A DNA stretch of 64,000 nucleotides from assembly GCA_040767805.1 (NCBI GenBank), contig JAXGNU010000003.1:96001-160000 (forward strand). The letters are read 5' to 3'. The notes under the pieces are model-generated. The model ran no database searches. It was not told the DNA's origin and saw only the letters and a program-made list of their open reading frames with translations. Both the position numbers and the translations under genes were made by a program. Below, one piece after another: positions 31,129 through 41,121 of this stretch (position 1 is its first letter; every line of letters begins with the position of its first letter). The DNA comes from Thermovirgaceae bacterium. Lineage in GTDB: Bacteria; Synergistota; Synergistia; Synergistales; Thermovirgaceae.

Positions 31129-33434
31129 CTTTCCCTGCCCCTGTCCCCGAAGTCCTTCCTCCTTGGTCCCCCGTGGGGTCTCCTGTCGCCGGAGGGCCTG
31201 TCGCCGCCCGGCCTACCCCCTGGCCTCGGGGCTCCGCCCCTCGGGCCCCTGTCGCGATCGCCCGAGGGAGGCAGGGCCTTTATCCTCTCCTCCCTGGCAT
31301 CCTCGAGGACCAAGGCGTCGGCGAACTTCTCCGCCACCTCTGGGTCATTCCTTCTTTCCAGGGCCCGCCTCCTGGAGAGGTTTATCCTCCCCATATCGTC
31401 GATCTCCTTGACCATCACGAGGACCGAGTCCCCGGGGCTTAAAACATCGTCGACCTTGCCCACGTGGGTGGTGCTTATCTCGCTCACATGGAGGAGGCCC
31501 TCTTTACCCGGCAGGACCTCCACGAAGGCGCCGAAGGCCATGAGCCTGGTGACCTTGCCCGAGAACACCTCCCCCGCCATGACCTCCCTGACTAGGTCGT
31601 TTATCATGCCGAGGGCCTTCTCGGCGGCCTCGGTGGTAGGCGAGGCCACGAAAACCCTGCCGTCGTCCTCGACATCGACCTTGACGCCCGTCTGGGCGAC
31701 GATGTTGCGGATGGTCTTGCCGCCCGGGCCGATGATGTCCCTGATCTTGTCAAGGGGGACCGTGAGGGTGTAGATCCTGGGCGCGTAGGCGGAAATGCTC
31801 TTGCGCGGTTCAGCGATGACCGACTCCATCTTGTCGAGGATGAAAAGCCTCCCCCGGCGGGCCTGATCGAGGGCCTTTTCGAGGATCGCCCTGGTTATGC
31901 CCCCGGCCTTGTTGTCCATCTGGAGGGCCGTTATCCCCTCCCTGGTGCCGGTGACCTTGAAGTCCATGTCCCCGTAATGGTCCTCCAGCCCCTGGATGTC
32001 GGTGAGGACCACCACCTTGTCGTCTTCCTTTATCAGCCCCATGGCGACGCCGGCGACGGCCTTCCTCACGGGGACCCCCGCGTCCATCAGCGAGAGGCTG
32101 GCACCGCAAACCGAAGCCATGGAGCTTGACCCGTTGGACTCCAGGATGTCCGAGACCACCCTGACGGCGTAGGGGAACTCCTCTTCGCCGGGGAGAAGGC
32201 CCCGCACCGCCCTCTCGGCCAGGGCGCCATGACCGATCTCCCTCCGCCCGGGCCCCCTCATGGGGCGGACTTCGCCCACCGAGAAGGGCGGAAAGTTATA
32301 GTGAAGCATGAAACGCTTGGAGGGCTCGTCCAGTTTGAGGCCGTCGATCAGCTGATCATCTTCGCCGACCATTCCGAGGGTCGTCGTCACCAGCGCCTGG
32401 GTCTCGCCCCGGGTGAAAAGGGCCGAACCGTGGACCCTGGGGAGGACGCCCACTTCACAGCTGATGGGCCGGACCTCGTCCATGGCCCTGCCGTCGGCCC
32501 TTCTGCCCTCATCGACGATGAGGGACCTCATGGCCTTCTTCACGATGCCTTCCACGGAAGCCTTGATGTAGGATTCCGCTTCGGGGTACTTTTCCAGCAG
32601 GTTCTCGAGGGCCTTCCCCGTGGCGATATCGATTGCTTCACCCCTGGGCTTCTTCTCGTGGACCTGGACGGCCTGGAAGATCTCCCCGTAGAGTTCCCTC
32701 TCGACCCACGCGTCGATCTCAGGGAAGGACTCCGCCTCGGGGATCTTGACGGGCTCCTTCCCCGCCTTTTCCGCCATCTCGACCTGGGCCCGGACCAGGT
32801 TGGCTATCTCCTTCTGGGCCATATCGAGGGCATCGACCATCACGTCCTCGTGGATCTCCCCCGCCCCGGCCTCCACCATGGTGATCCCGCCGGAGTGGCC
32901 GCTCACGACCAGGTCCAGGGTGCTCTCCTTCATCAGGTCCTCGGTAGGGTTGATGACGAGCCGTCCGTCGATCCTGCCGACCCTGACCGCGCCGACGGGG
33001 CCCTTCCAGGGTATGCCCGACAGCATGAGCGCGGCGGAGGCGCCGTTGATGGCCAATATGTTCGGCGGAGTGGACTGGTCCACCGACAGGGTGGTCGCCA
33101 CCACGTGGATGTCGTTCCTGGTGTGGTCATGGAAGAGGGACCGGATGGACCGGTCGATGATCCTCGAAGCGAGGATCGCCGTCTCCGAGGGACGGCCTTC
33201 CCTCTTGATGAACCCCCCGGGGATCTTACCCGCGGAGTAGAAGCGCTCCTCGTAATCCACCAGCAGGGGGAGAAAATCGAGCCCCTCCCTCGGCTTGTCT
33301 GAGATGCAGGCGGTAACCAGGAGGGATGTCTCTCCCTGGGTCACCCTGACCGCGCCGTTGGCCTGCTTTGCCAACTTGCCGGTCTCGAAGGTCATGGTGC
33401 GACCCCCGACTTCAACACTGAAGGTTTCCATCAT
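31125..33434 (-). CDS. pnp: Polyribonucleotide nucleotidyltransferase (PNPase)
   Basis: [39 protein letters not shown] and S1 domains. Confidence 0.97.
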   Translation of the reverse strand: MMETFSVEVGGRTMTFETGKLAKQANGAVRVTQGETSLLVTACISDKPREGLDFLPLLVDYEERFYSAGKIPGGFIKREGRPSETAILASRIIDRSIRSLFHDHTRNDIHVVATTLSVDQSTPPNILAINGASAALMLSGIPWKGPVGAVRVGRIDGRLVINPTEDLMKESTLDLVVSGHSGGITMVEAGAGEIHEDVMVDALDMAQKEIANLVRAQVEMAEKAGKEPVKIPEAESFPEIDAWVERELYGEIFQAVQVHEKKPRGEAIDIATGKALENLLEKYPEAESYIKASVEGIVKKAMRSLIVDEGRRADGRAMDEVRPISCEVGVLPRVHGSALFTRGETQALVTTTLGMVGEDDQLIDGLKLDEPSKRFMLHYNFPPFSVGEVRPMRGPGRREIGHGALAERAVRGLLPGEEEFPYAVRVVSDILESNGSSSMASVCGASLSLMDAGVPVRKAVAGVAMGLIKEDDKVVVLTDIQGLEDHYGDMDFKVTGTREGITALQMDNKAGGITRAILEKALDQARRGRLFILDKMESVIAEPRKSISAYAPRIYTLTVPLDKIRDIIGPGGKTIRNIVAQTGVKVDVEDDGRVFVASPTTEAAEKALGMINDLVREVMAGEVFSGKVTRLMAFGAFVEVLPGKEGLLHVSEISTTHVGKVDDVLSPGDSVLVMVKEIDDMGRINLSRRRALERRNDPEVAEKFADALVLEDAREERIKALPPSGDRDRGPRGGAPRPGGRPGGDRPSGDRRPHGGPRRKDFGDRGRER

Positions 33435-33498
33435 TATTTTGTTTCCTCCTCTTATTTTCTTCCCTTTTTTTTCCCGTTAAAGAATATCACAAGCGGAC

Positions 33499-33532
33499 AA
33501 AAAAGAACGAGGGCGGGTAACGCCGCCCTCGT
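33499..33532 (-). terminator. Intrinsic terminator after rpsO
   Basis: ACGAGGGCGG-loop-CCGCCCTCGT followed by a U-tract on the minus strand. Confidence 0.7.
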
Positions 33533-33569
33533 CCGGGTAGCTCCACGACCTGTCCGTCGACGGTAACGA

Positions 33570-33836
33570 TCAGTGTCTCAGTCCCAGTTTCTGGATGAGA
33601 TCGCTGTAACGCCCGAAATCCTTGTTCCTGAGGTACTGGAGTAGCCTTCTCCTGCGCCCTACCATCTTGAGGAGCCCTCTCTGGGAGTGGTGATCCTTCT
33701 TGTGGACCTTCAGGTGCTCCGTCAAGTCCCTTATACGGGTGGTGAGGATCGCGATCTGGACCTCGGGCGAACCCGTATCCGCGTTGTGGGTCTTGAACTC
33801 CTCGATGATGCCCTGTTTCTTCTCCTTCTCGAGCAC
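33570..33836 (-). CDS. rpsO: 30S ribosomal protein S15
   Basis: [28 protein letters not shown]; 88 aa; upstream of pnp. Confidence 0.98.
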   Translation of the reverse strand: MLEKEKKQGIIEEFKTHNADTGSPEVQIAILTTRIRDLTEHLKVHKKDHHSQRGLLKMVGRRRRLLQYLRNKDFGRYSDLIQKLGLRH

Positions 33837-33913
33837 TTGCCTTCACCCCTGCGCGTCTATTCCCGGAACCAAGTAGTGCGGGGTGTTCGCATAACCTAGT
33901 AACGGGTGCCGAG

Positions 33914-33942
33914 ATTATATCACCATCAAGGGTGCGGGGCAA
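33914..33942 (-). promoter_or_regulatory. sigma70 promoter of rpsO
   Basis: TTGCCC-17 nt-TATAAT with extended -10 (TGn). Confidence 0.7.
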
Positions 33943-34096
33943 ATTGGGCGGACCATGGGGCAACGAGCCAAAACTGAACCCTAAAATAGTCATACTGTAA
34001 GGTTCCGCTCATTCTGCACTCGACATTTTCTTAATTATATGCTTTCATTCTTAATACGGGCAGTATAGAATCCGATCGAAAGGGTGGAAAAACAAT

Positions 34097-34777
34097 ATGC
34101 ATATTCTGATTGTGGAGGACAACCGGGACCTAGTACAGGTACTGACGGAAGGGTTCAACGAACTGGAGTTTTCAGTGGACAGCGCCTTTGACGGAATAGA
34201 GGGCTTGAACAAGATCCGGAATAACGACTACGACTGCATCGTCCTGGACATCATGCTCCCGGAGATGGACGGCTACGAATTGATCGGGAGGATGAGGGAA
34301 GAGGGGAAGGACACCCCGGTGATCATGCTCACCGCCAAGGATTCCATCGAGGACAGGGTGGAGGGCCTCAACCGGGGAGCCGATGACTACCTGGTGAAAC
34401 CCTTCGATTTCCGCGAACTGGTGGCCAGGGTCAACGCCGTGACCCGCAGGAGAACGGAACCGAAGAGGGCCGTCCTCCACTGCGGGCCCCTGATGCTGGA
34501 CCCGATCGCCAGGGAGTGCAAGGCCGAAGGGGAAATGATACCCCTCAGGAGGAGAGAGTTCGACATCCTCGAACTGCTCATGCGCTTCGAGAACCAGGTC
34601 TTCTCCCGGGAGAAGATCATAGGCCTCGTATGGAAAAAGGAGTACGACGGCACGAGCAACGTGGTCGACGTCCATGTAAAATACCTGAGGGACAAGCTCC
34701 GCCCCTACAACCTCGACACCCTGGTCGTGACCGTGAGGGGCGTCGGCTACAAGGTGACCTGCCCGGATTACGAGTAA
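34097..34777 (+). CDS. OmpR/PhoB-family response regulator
   Basis: IVED, LDIMLP, LTAK, GADDYLVKPF, winged helix TVRGVGY. Confidence 0.93.
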   Translation: MHILIVEDNRDLVQVLTEGFNELEFSVDSAFDGIEGLNKIRNNDYDCIVLDIMLPEMDGYELIGRMREEGKDTPVIMLTAKDSIEDRVEGLNRGADDYLVKPFDFRELVARVNAVTRRRTEPKRAVLHCGPLMLDPIARECKAEGEMIPLRRREFDILELLMRFENQVFSREKIIGLVWKKEYDGTSNVVDVHVKYLRDKLRPYNLDTLVVTVRGVGYKVTCPDYE

Positions 34778-34821
34778 GGGGCTTGTACCACGAGTACTGG
34801 TAGATGGGGATGCTGCGGTAG

Positions 34822-36300
34822 ATGCCAAGGACCTTGGACGGGCGGCGGCCGTTAAGGCCCCGCTCGTTTCGTTTCAGGCTGGTCTTGTTCTCCGCCACGA
34901 CCATAATGGCGACCATCGCTCTTTTCGGGATGGTCGTGTACACCTTTTTTACCTCCTTCGAGGTGAGCAGGCTCGACGCCGTGATGGCGTCCGGCATGGA
35001 AGAAACGATCTCCTTTTATGAAAAGTCCGGCCGGTTCCCCCTCCAGGTCAAGGGGAGCAGGTCGCTTGGCGTGGTCCTCCAGGTCTACAACCAGGACAAG
35101 TCCCTGATGTTTCATCTCCCCCCCGGCCTTTCGGCCCCCTTCATCCCCGAGGACCTGCTGGAAAAGGCCTCTTTCGGGGTAAGGCCCCTCACCTTCGTAC
35201 CGTCGAAGAACCGCTTCCTGCCGAGGTTTTGGTGGGTCCTGCCCTGGAGTTGCCTCTCGGACCGCGACCTCTGGAGGGCCCTGGTCGCCCCGGCGCCCTT
35301 CAGGGATGAAGATGTGATCCTCGTCGCCATGGCACCCATGGCGTGGCTCCTGGAATCCAGGCAACTCCTTCTCTGGATGACGATCCTGGCCGGGGCCGCG
35401 GGCCTGGTCGCCTCCTTCGCGGCCGGGAGCCTCCTGGCCGCGGGGGCCATGAGACCCCTTCAGGCCATCAACAGGGCTCTTGCGAGGGTTTCCATCGACA
35501 ACATGTCCATCGACCCCGCCCCTTTCGGATCGGACCGTGAGATCGGCGAGATCGTGACCCATATCAACAGGATGCTAAAAAACCTGGAAAAAAGCATGAA
35601 ATACCTGCAGCAGTTCACCTCCGACGCCAGCCACGAACTGAGGACCCCCCTGGCGGTCATGAGGGGAGCCGTGGACATCGCCCTACTCAAGAATAGAGAC
35701 CCCGAATATTACGTCCAAAAGCTCCAGGAACTCACCTACCATATCGACGACATGCAGAACCTCGTGGGAGCCCTTCTCGAACTGGCCAGGCTGGACGACT
35801 TCAAGGGGCTCGACTCGAGGGAACCGGTGGACCTCCTCCTGGTCATGGAGGATGCCGTGGCGAACATGGAGAGCATCACCCAGAGGAGGGGCCAGGTCGT
35901 CGAAAAGGACTTGAAACCGGCACCGACCCTCGGCCGCTATGTCATGGTCCTGAGGCTTGCCAACAACCTGGTGGAGAATGCCAGCAAGTATTCCCCCCCG
36001 GGCAGCAGAATAAAGGTCGCCACCTACAGCGACACCGGGAAAAACCAGGCGGTTTTGGAGGTCCGGGACAGGGGCTCTGGTCTCAATCCCGAGGAGATCA
36101 GCCGATGCTTCGATCGGTTCTGGAGGGTCGACAGTTCAAGAACCACGCCGGACTACGGCCTCGGCCTCCCCCTGGTCAAGAGGATCGCCCAGATCCATAA
36201 CGCCTCCATCGAGGTGGAGTCCCAAAAAGGGGGAGGCTCCCTTTTCAGGGTCCGCTTCCCGCTGGACAAGGAAACCCTGGAGGGTTACGACCTCGAATAA
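34822..36300 (+). CDS. Sensor histidine kinase (HAMP-HisKA-HATPase)
   Basis: Two TM segments, DASHELRTP, NLVENA.KY, DRGSG, FDRFWR, GLGL. Confidence 0.92.
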   Translation: MPRTLDGRRPLRPRSFRFRLVLFSATTIMATIALFGMVVYTFFTSFEVSRLDAVMASGMEETISFYEKSGRFPLQVKGSRSLGVVLQVYNQDKSLMFHLPPGLSAPFIPEDLLEKASFGVRPLTFVPSKNRFLPRFWWVLPWSCLSDRDLWRALVAPAPFRDEDVILVAMAPMAWLLESRQLLLWMTILAGAAGLVASFAAGSLLAAGAMRPLQAINRALARVSIDNMSIDPAPFGSDREIGEIVTHINRMLKNLEKSMKYLQQFTSDASHELRTPLAVMRGAVDIALLKNRDPEYYVQKLQELTYHIDDMQNLVGALLELARLDDFKGLDSREPVDLLLVMEDAVANMESITQRRGQVVEKDLKPAPTLGRYVMVLRLANNLVENASKYSPPGSRIKVATYSDTGKNQAVLEVRDRGSGLNPEEISRCFDRFWRVDSSRTTPDYGLGLPLVKRIAQIHNASIEVESQKGGGSLFRVRFPLDKETLEGYDLE

Positions 36301-36318
36301 CGAAAAAAGCGGGGGGCC

Positions 36319-37765
36319 TTAAGGCCCCCCCCAACCCCCAAAAAAAACCAAGAGGTTAGCTGACACGTAGAAGGTCCTGCCGTCCCTGGAGACCAGCATG
36401 GCGATAATCTTGAGGTCCCTGGAAAGGATCTCCTCGAGTTGGTCCGCGCTCTTCACGGTCTCCCCGTTGACCTCGAGGACCACGTCGCCTTCCCTGAGGC
36501 CCATCCTTTGACCGACCGAACCCGAGAGGACACCGGTGATGACGGCCCCGCCCGATTCCTCGATGCCGTACTTCTGCCTCAATTCCGGCGTCACCGGCGA
36601 GACCGATATGCCCAGTTTCGAGGAACTGACGGGCTCTTTCCCGGCGGGTGCCTCGGTTCCATCGGAGGGCACCACCGAGAGGGTTACCATCCTCTTGACC
36701 TGGACGCCCTTGCTGAGGACCGTCAACTCGACCTTTTCACCGGCTAGGTGCTGGCGGATCGCCACGACGAGGTCGCCGGGATCCTTGACCTTTCGGCCGT
36801 CGATATCGAGAATGACATCGCCCCTCGCGATCCCGGCCTTCTCGGCGGGAGACCCCTTGACCACGTCGGCCACGAGCGCCCCCTCACCGGTCTTTATCCC
36901 GTAGGCGCCGGTGAACTCCTTGGTGAGGGGCTGCAGGTACACCCCGAGCCAACCCCTGTTGACCTTCCCGTACTGGATGAGGTCATCCACGATCTGCTTG
37001 GCCATGTTCACCGGGACCGCGAAACCTATACCCTGGGCGTAGGGGACGATGGCCGTGTTGATGCCGATGACCCTGCCGGAGAGGTCCAGGAGCGGCCCGC
37101 CGCTGTTGCCGGGGTTGATGGCGGCGTCGGTCTGGATGAAACCGTCGAAGTTGAGGTTCCTGGCCCGGACGGACCTGTTTTGCCGACACCACGCCGACGG
37201 TGACGCTGCTCTCGAAGCCGTAGGGGTTGCCGATGGCTATGACCCACTCCCCCACGTCCACCTTGTCGGAATCACCCATGGGGACCGTGGGAAGCCCCTT
37301 GGCGTCGATCTTGATCACGGCGAGGTCGTAGGAGGGGTCCTTACCCACGATCTTCGCCGGGAAGGACCTCCCATCGGAGAGGGTCACCTCGATGGTCATG
37401 TTATCGGGGCCGTCCACGACATGGTTGTTGGTGAGGATATAACCGTCATGGGTCACGATGAACCCGGAGCCCTTGCCCCTCATGGGCACGTCACGGGTGA
37501 AACGTTCAAAGCGGTCGCCGAAAAACTCCCTGAAGAAAGGGTCGTCGGGGAAGGGCGATGACGAACGTTGCACTATGGCCTCGGTGTCGATGTTGACCAC
37601 CGCCGGCGCCGTCTCTTTCACTATCTTCGCGATGGGGTTGCCGGTGAAGACATCCTGCGCCGCGGCCGGGCCTGGGGAGAGGGAAAAGACAACGGCCGCC
37701 GAAAGGAGAAGCAGGAGCGCCGCCGTGAGGGTCCTGGTTCCTTTGGATCTATTCATTCGAACCAC
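36319..37765 (-). pseudogene. htrA: HtrA/DegP serine protease with two PDZ domains, split by a frameshift (possibly a sequencing error)
   Basis: 5' ORF has a signal peptide, GSGF, TNNHVV and DLAVIK. After VSAK the alternate frame reads [30 protein letters not shown] followed by the PDZ domains. The break lies in the A-run at 37178-37181. Confidence 0.85.
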
Positions 37766-37797
37766 CTCCTGAATTGCTTTGCACCGATTTTCCTCCT

Positions 37798-38620
37798 TCA
37801 GGGGCGGCCTGGAATCGTCAATTCTACGGAAATCGGGTCCCCGGGTTTGAACCCAAGCATGTCGGAAGCCCTGCCCCTGTTCACAGCGATGGAGACGAAA
37901 CCCCAGCTGTCCTCAAGGGCGACCATCTCCCCGGAATCCACGTCGGAGAAGGTCCGCCCCACAGGGATGCTGAAAAGCCAGCCGCTGCTGATCTTGATCT
38001 CTGAATCACCCAGCTTCCCCAGGAGTTCCCAGGGGATATCGGTCCTGACGGTTCCGAAGGCGTCCACGAGGGTGACATGGCCGGAGACCTTGCCCGGTGA
38101 AGCGTGGGGCGCGGGCAGGGGGAAACGGTTGAGCTCCCCCAGGGTGATCTCCTGCCCACATTCCTCGGGAGGTTTCCCGCCCACCAGGTCTGCCACCACC
38201 GGTGCCATGATGTCCCTAGCGTCAAAGGCCGGGAAGACATGCTCCGCCTCTCCCCTGGGCGCGCTCGATGGATCAGCACCGGCTGGTGCCTCCCGTCCGT
38301 TCCGCCGCCAGATGAGGAGCCCAAGAAGTATCGGGCCCAACGAAGAGGTCTCCCCTGCCGGATCGCAGGACAAGTATCCTCCTCTGGGTCCCGACGCCGG
38401 GGTCCACGACGGCCAGGTGGATGCCGACGGGCATGTAGAGGACCGCCCCGGCGAGCATCCAACCGCCGGAAATGATGTCAAAGGGGGGGACTTCGTGGCT
38501 TATGTCTATCACCGGCAAGGTAACCCCCCTCCTCAGAAGGAGCCCCTTGCAGCAGGCCACGGTCTCATCGGCCAGGCCGAAGTCGGAAAGAAAGGTGACG
38601 CACCTGAATTCTCCGGTCAT
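37798..38620 (-). pseudogene. SAM hydrolase / SAM-dependent halogenase family (DUF62), frameshifted (possibly a sequencing error)
   Basis: N-part has LSDFG, DISH, VVDPGVG and FVGPD in one frame; C-part has F.ARDIMAP, VDAFG, TFSDV and AVNRG in another; frame breaks near 38270-38335. Confidence 0.75.
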
Positions 38621-38690
38621 TTCCGAACACCCCCGATAAATATAGCACCTGCGATTACATCAAATAGTCATAGGCCCAAAGGTGGGCCGA

Positions 38691-39341
38691 TCAGGCCGAC
38701 CCCTGGCCGCCTTTTTGGACGGGCGAGACCACCACTCTCCTCAAGGGTTCGGAACCGGTCGAGCAGGTAGAGACGTCCTCCCAGTCCTTGAGGGAGACAT
38801 GGACGATCCTCCTCTCCCAACTGGTCATCGGCTCGAGCCGGATCGGCCGCCCCTTCCTCCGGGCTTCCCTGGCCGCGGCGAGGGCGATCTTCTCGATGCC
38901 CTCCTGCCGGCGGGCCTTGTAACCGCCGCTGTCGATCCTGACCCTTCGCCCCGGGTCCTTGCCGCGGAGGGCGACGTTGGTGAGGAACTCGACGGCCCTG
39001 AGGGTTTCGCCGGACCTGCCTATCACTATCGGGGCGTCCTCACCGTTCAAGTCGATGCTGTCGGGCCCCGTCATCTCCGGTTCGACGGAAAGGCCCATCC
39101 TCTCGAGGAGGCCCTCCAGGAAAGGTAACGACCCGGCGGGGCCTTGCGATCTCAGGGATAGGGCGACGTGCATCTTCTTGCCCAGGATCCCGAAAAGCCT
39201 TTTGCCCTCGTCCAGGACGTGGACCTCTATCTCGGAGGGGTCCACGGACCACCGGAGTGACCCTATGTGACGGGCCTCATCGAGGGAGTTCACATCTACT
39301 TCGAAAGTCTCATGATCTTCCACGTTATTTACCCCTTTCAT
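38691..39341 (-). CDS. jag: Jag/KhpB (EloR) RNA-binding protein
   Basis: Jag_N, KH (IGRSGETL) and R3H (ERRIVH) domains; follows yidC. Confidence 0.88.
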   Translation of the reverse strand: MKGVNNVEDHETFEVDVNSLDEARHIGSLRWSVDPSEIEVHVLDEGKRLFGILGKKMHVALSLRSQGPAGSLPFLEGLLERMGLSVEPEMTGPDSIDLNGEDAPIVIGRSGETLRAVEFLTNVALRGKDPGRRVRIDSGGYKARRQEGIEKIALAAAREARRKGRPIRLEPMTSWERRIVHVSLKDWEDVSTCSTGSEPLRRVVVSPVQKGGQGSA

Positions 39342-39353
39342 GCCATCAGGGAA

Positions 39354-40154
39354 CTAGGGTCTGCCGCCTTCCTTCTTCTGGGGTTTTTCCTTGAGAAGGA
39401 CCGGCTTGTCGCGCATCTCCACCTCGGTCTTTTTCTTGATGTGCCACTGCTGTCCCACGCCGATGAGCGAGGAGACCCCCCAGTAGAGCAGCACGCCCCC
39501 GGGGAGGCTGAGGCAGATAAAGGTGAGGAAGGCCGGCATGAACCAGTTCATGAACTGCATTTGCGGGTTGCCGCTCCCGCTCAGTTGCTGCTGGAACCAC
39601 GTGAGGAAACCCACGCCCAGCAGGAGGAGGAGGTTGGCGGCGTAAACGCCCACGTTGGCCAGCCCGGCGGGGTTGGCTGCTATCGCCGAAAAGGTCTGCC
39701 CCACCCCGCGGGTCGCGGCCGTAGAACCCACGGCCTCCCCCAGCGTGGAAAGGACGGAACCCTCGAGGCTGATCCCCAGGAAGGTGGCCCCGCCCAGGTC
39801 CAGGTTCAATAGGACCCTAAAGAGCAGGATCAATATGGGAAGCTGCACCAGGAGTGGAAGGCAACCAGCGGCAGGGTTGACATTGTTCTCCTTGTAGAGC
39901 TTCATGATCTCCTTGTTCAGGGTGTCCTTATCGTGGGCCAACTTTTCTTGGAGGTTCTTGATCCGGGGCTGCAGTTTCTGCATTTTCTGCATGCTCACAA
40001 GCTGCTTCTGCGAGAGGGGGTGCAGAAGTATCCTGATGAGGACGGTCAACAATATGATGGCGATGCCGTAGGAGTGGGAGAATGAGTAAAGGCTGTTCAG
40101 CACGAACAGCAGGAAATCGCCCGCCGCTTTCCAGAGTGCACTCAAAGGATCCAC
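39354..40154 (-). CDS. yidC: Membrane protein insertase YidC
   Basis: YGIAIILLT, LQP.I..LQ, NPAAGCLPLLVQLPI, GVLLYW motifs. Confidence 0.93.
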   Translation of the reverse strand: MDPLSALWKAAGDFLLFVLNSLYSFSHSYGIAIILLTVLIRILLHPLSQKQLVSMQKMQKLQPRIKNLQEKLAHDKDTLNKEIMKLYKENNVNPAAGCLPLLVQLPILILLFRVLLNLDLGGATFLGISLEGSVLSTLGEAVGSTAATRGVGQTFSAIAANPAGLANVGVYAANLLLLLGVGFLTWFQQQLSGSGNPQMQFMNWFMPAFLTFICLSLPGGVLLYWGVSSLIGVGQQWHIKKKTEVEMRDKPVLLKEKPQKKEGGRP

Positions 40155-40435
40155 CTTCCCTTGGGAGAATATTCTCTTCGATGGAAAACCCTGTCAAAAA
40201 ACGACGGGAATTTGTCCGGAATGGGATCGTAGCCGCCGCTGTGCCAGGGACCGCATTTCATTATACGTAAAAAAGCCAAGGCTGTGCCCCTTACCAGGCC
40301 GAACTTCTCGATCGCCTGGATGGTGTAACTCGAGCAGGAGGGATAGAACCTGCACCGGTCGCCGAGCAGGGGCGAGATGCATTTCTGGTAAAAGGTAATG
40401 GCCTTGATCGCGGCCCACGCGGGCAGTTTGGTCAT
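40142..40435 (-). CDS. yidD: Membrane protein insertion efficiency factor YidD
   Basis: YQKCISP..CRFYPSCS.Y...RI.KC.P..GGYDP; start MTKLP overlaps the rnpA stop. Confidence 0.92.
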   Translation of the reverse strand: MTKLPAWAAIKAITFYQKCISPLLGDRCRFYPSCSSYTIQAIEKFGLVRGTALAFLRIMKCGPWHSGGYDPIPDKFPSFFDRVFHRREYSPKGRWIL

Positions 40436-40836
40436 CTTCGCCCTTGCCTCCTGTCGACAAACCAGTTCGGGCCGGGCCATTCGCCTTTCAGCAGGCCGGC
40501 CTTCTTGAACAGCTTCGCCATGTCCTGGTAGACCTCTTTCGCGTCGCTCCCCAGGGCGTTGCTTTTGATCATGCAGACTATCCAGTAACCTTCCTTCACC
40601 CAGGGCCGGAGCCGCCTCAGGGATTCCCTCAACACCCTCTTCCCCCGGGAGCGGAGTGGCGAGGTCCCCTGCTGCTTGCCCACGGCCACGCCGAAACGGG
40701 TCTGCCCGTCCGGTGAGACCATAAACAGCAACCGCACCAACGCGCCACTTTCCCGGCGGCCGGTGCGGAAAACCTGGTCGAACTGCCAACCCTTTTTTAG
40801 CCTGTCCCCGGAAGGAAAAACGAAAAAAGCCCGCAA
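40432..40836 (-). CDS. rnpA: Ribonuclease P protein component
   Basis: RLKK..QF..VF, RFGVAVGK, RNR-like RSRGKRVLRE; between rpmH and yidD. Confidence 0.88.
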   Translation of the reverse strand: MRAFFVFPSGDRLKKGWQFDQVFRTGRRESGALVRLLFMVSPDGQTRFGVAVGKQQGTSPLRSRGKRVLRESLRRLRPWVKEGYWIVCMIKSNALGSDAKEVYQDMAKLFKKAGLLKGEWPGPNWFVDRRQGRR

Positions 40837-40971
40837 CTAGACCGCCAGGCGCTTTCTGCCCTTGTTTCTCCTGTTCTGGAGGATGCGCCGGCCGCTTGGG
40901 CTGCTCGATCGCTGCAGGAAGCCTAGCCTTCTTTTCCTTCTTCTATTGTGTGGCTGGAAGGTCTGTTTCAA
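40837..40971 (-). CDS. rpmH: 50S ribosomal protein L34 (absent from the ORF track)
   Basis: TTG start after GAGGAGGT; MKQTFQPHNRRRKRRLGFLQRSSSPSGRRILQNRRNKGRKRLAV. Confidence 0.95.
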   Translation of the reverse strand: MKQTFQPHNRRRKRRLGFLQRSSSPSGRRILQNRRNKGRKRLAV

Positions 40972-41061
40972 ATGATACACCTCCTCTTGCTATCGCGTGG
41001 GAACACCGGGAAAAAACCAGCCCGGATACTATAACATACCGGGTTATGGGCAACAAGGGAC

Positions 41062-41113
41062 CCCAGGGAGCGGGGATTTAGTCAAAAGTGTAGACCTGAC
41101 CCCGCTCCCTGGG
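41062..41113. terminator. Hairpin downstream of rbsB (terminator or REP-like)
   Basis: CCCAGGGAGCGGGG / CCCCGCTCCCTGGG, 14-bp inverted repeat. Confidence 0.55.
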
Positions 41114-41121
41114 TTGCGGAG

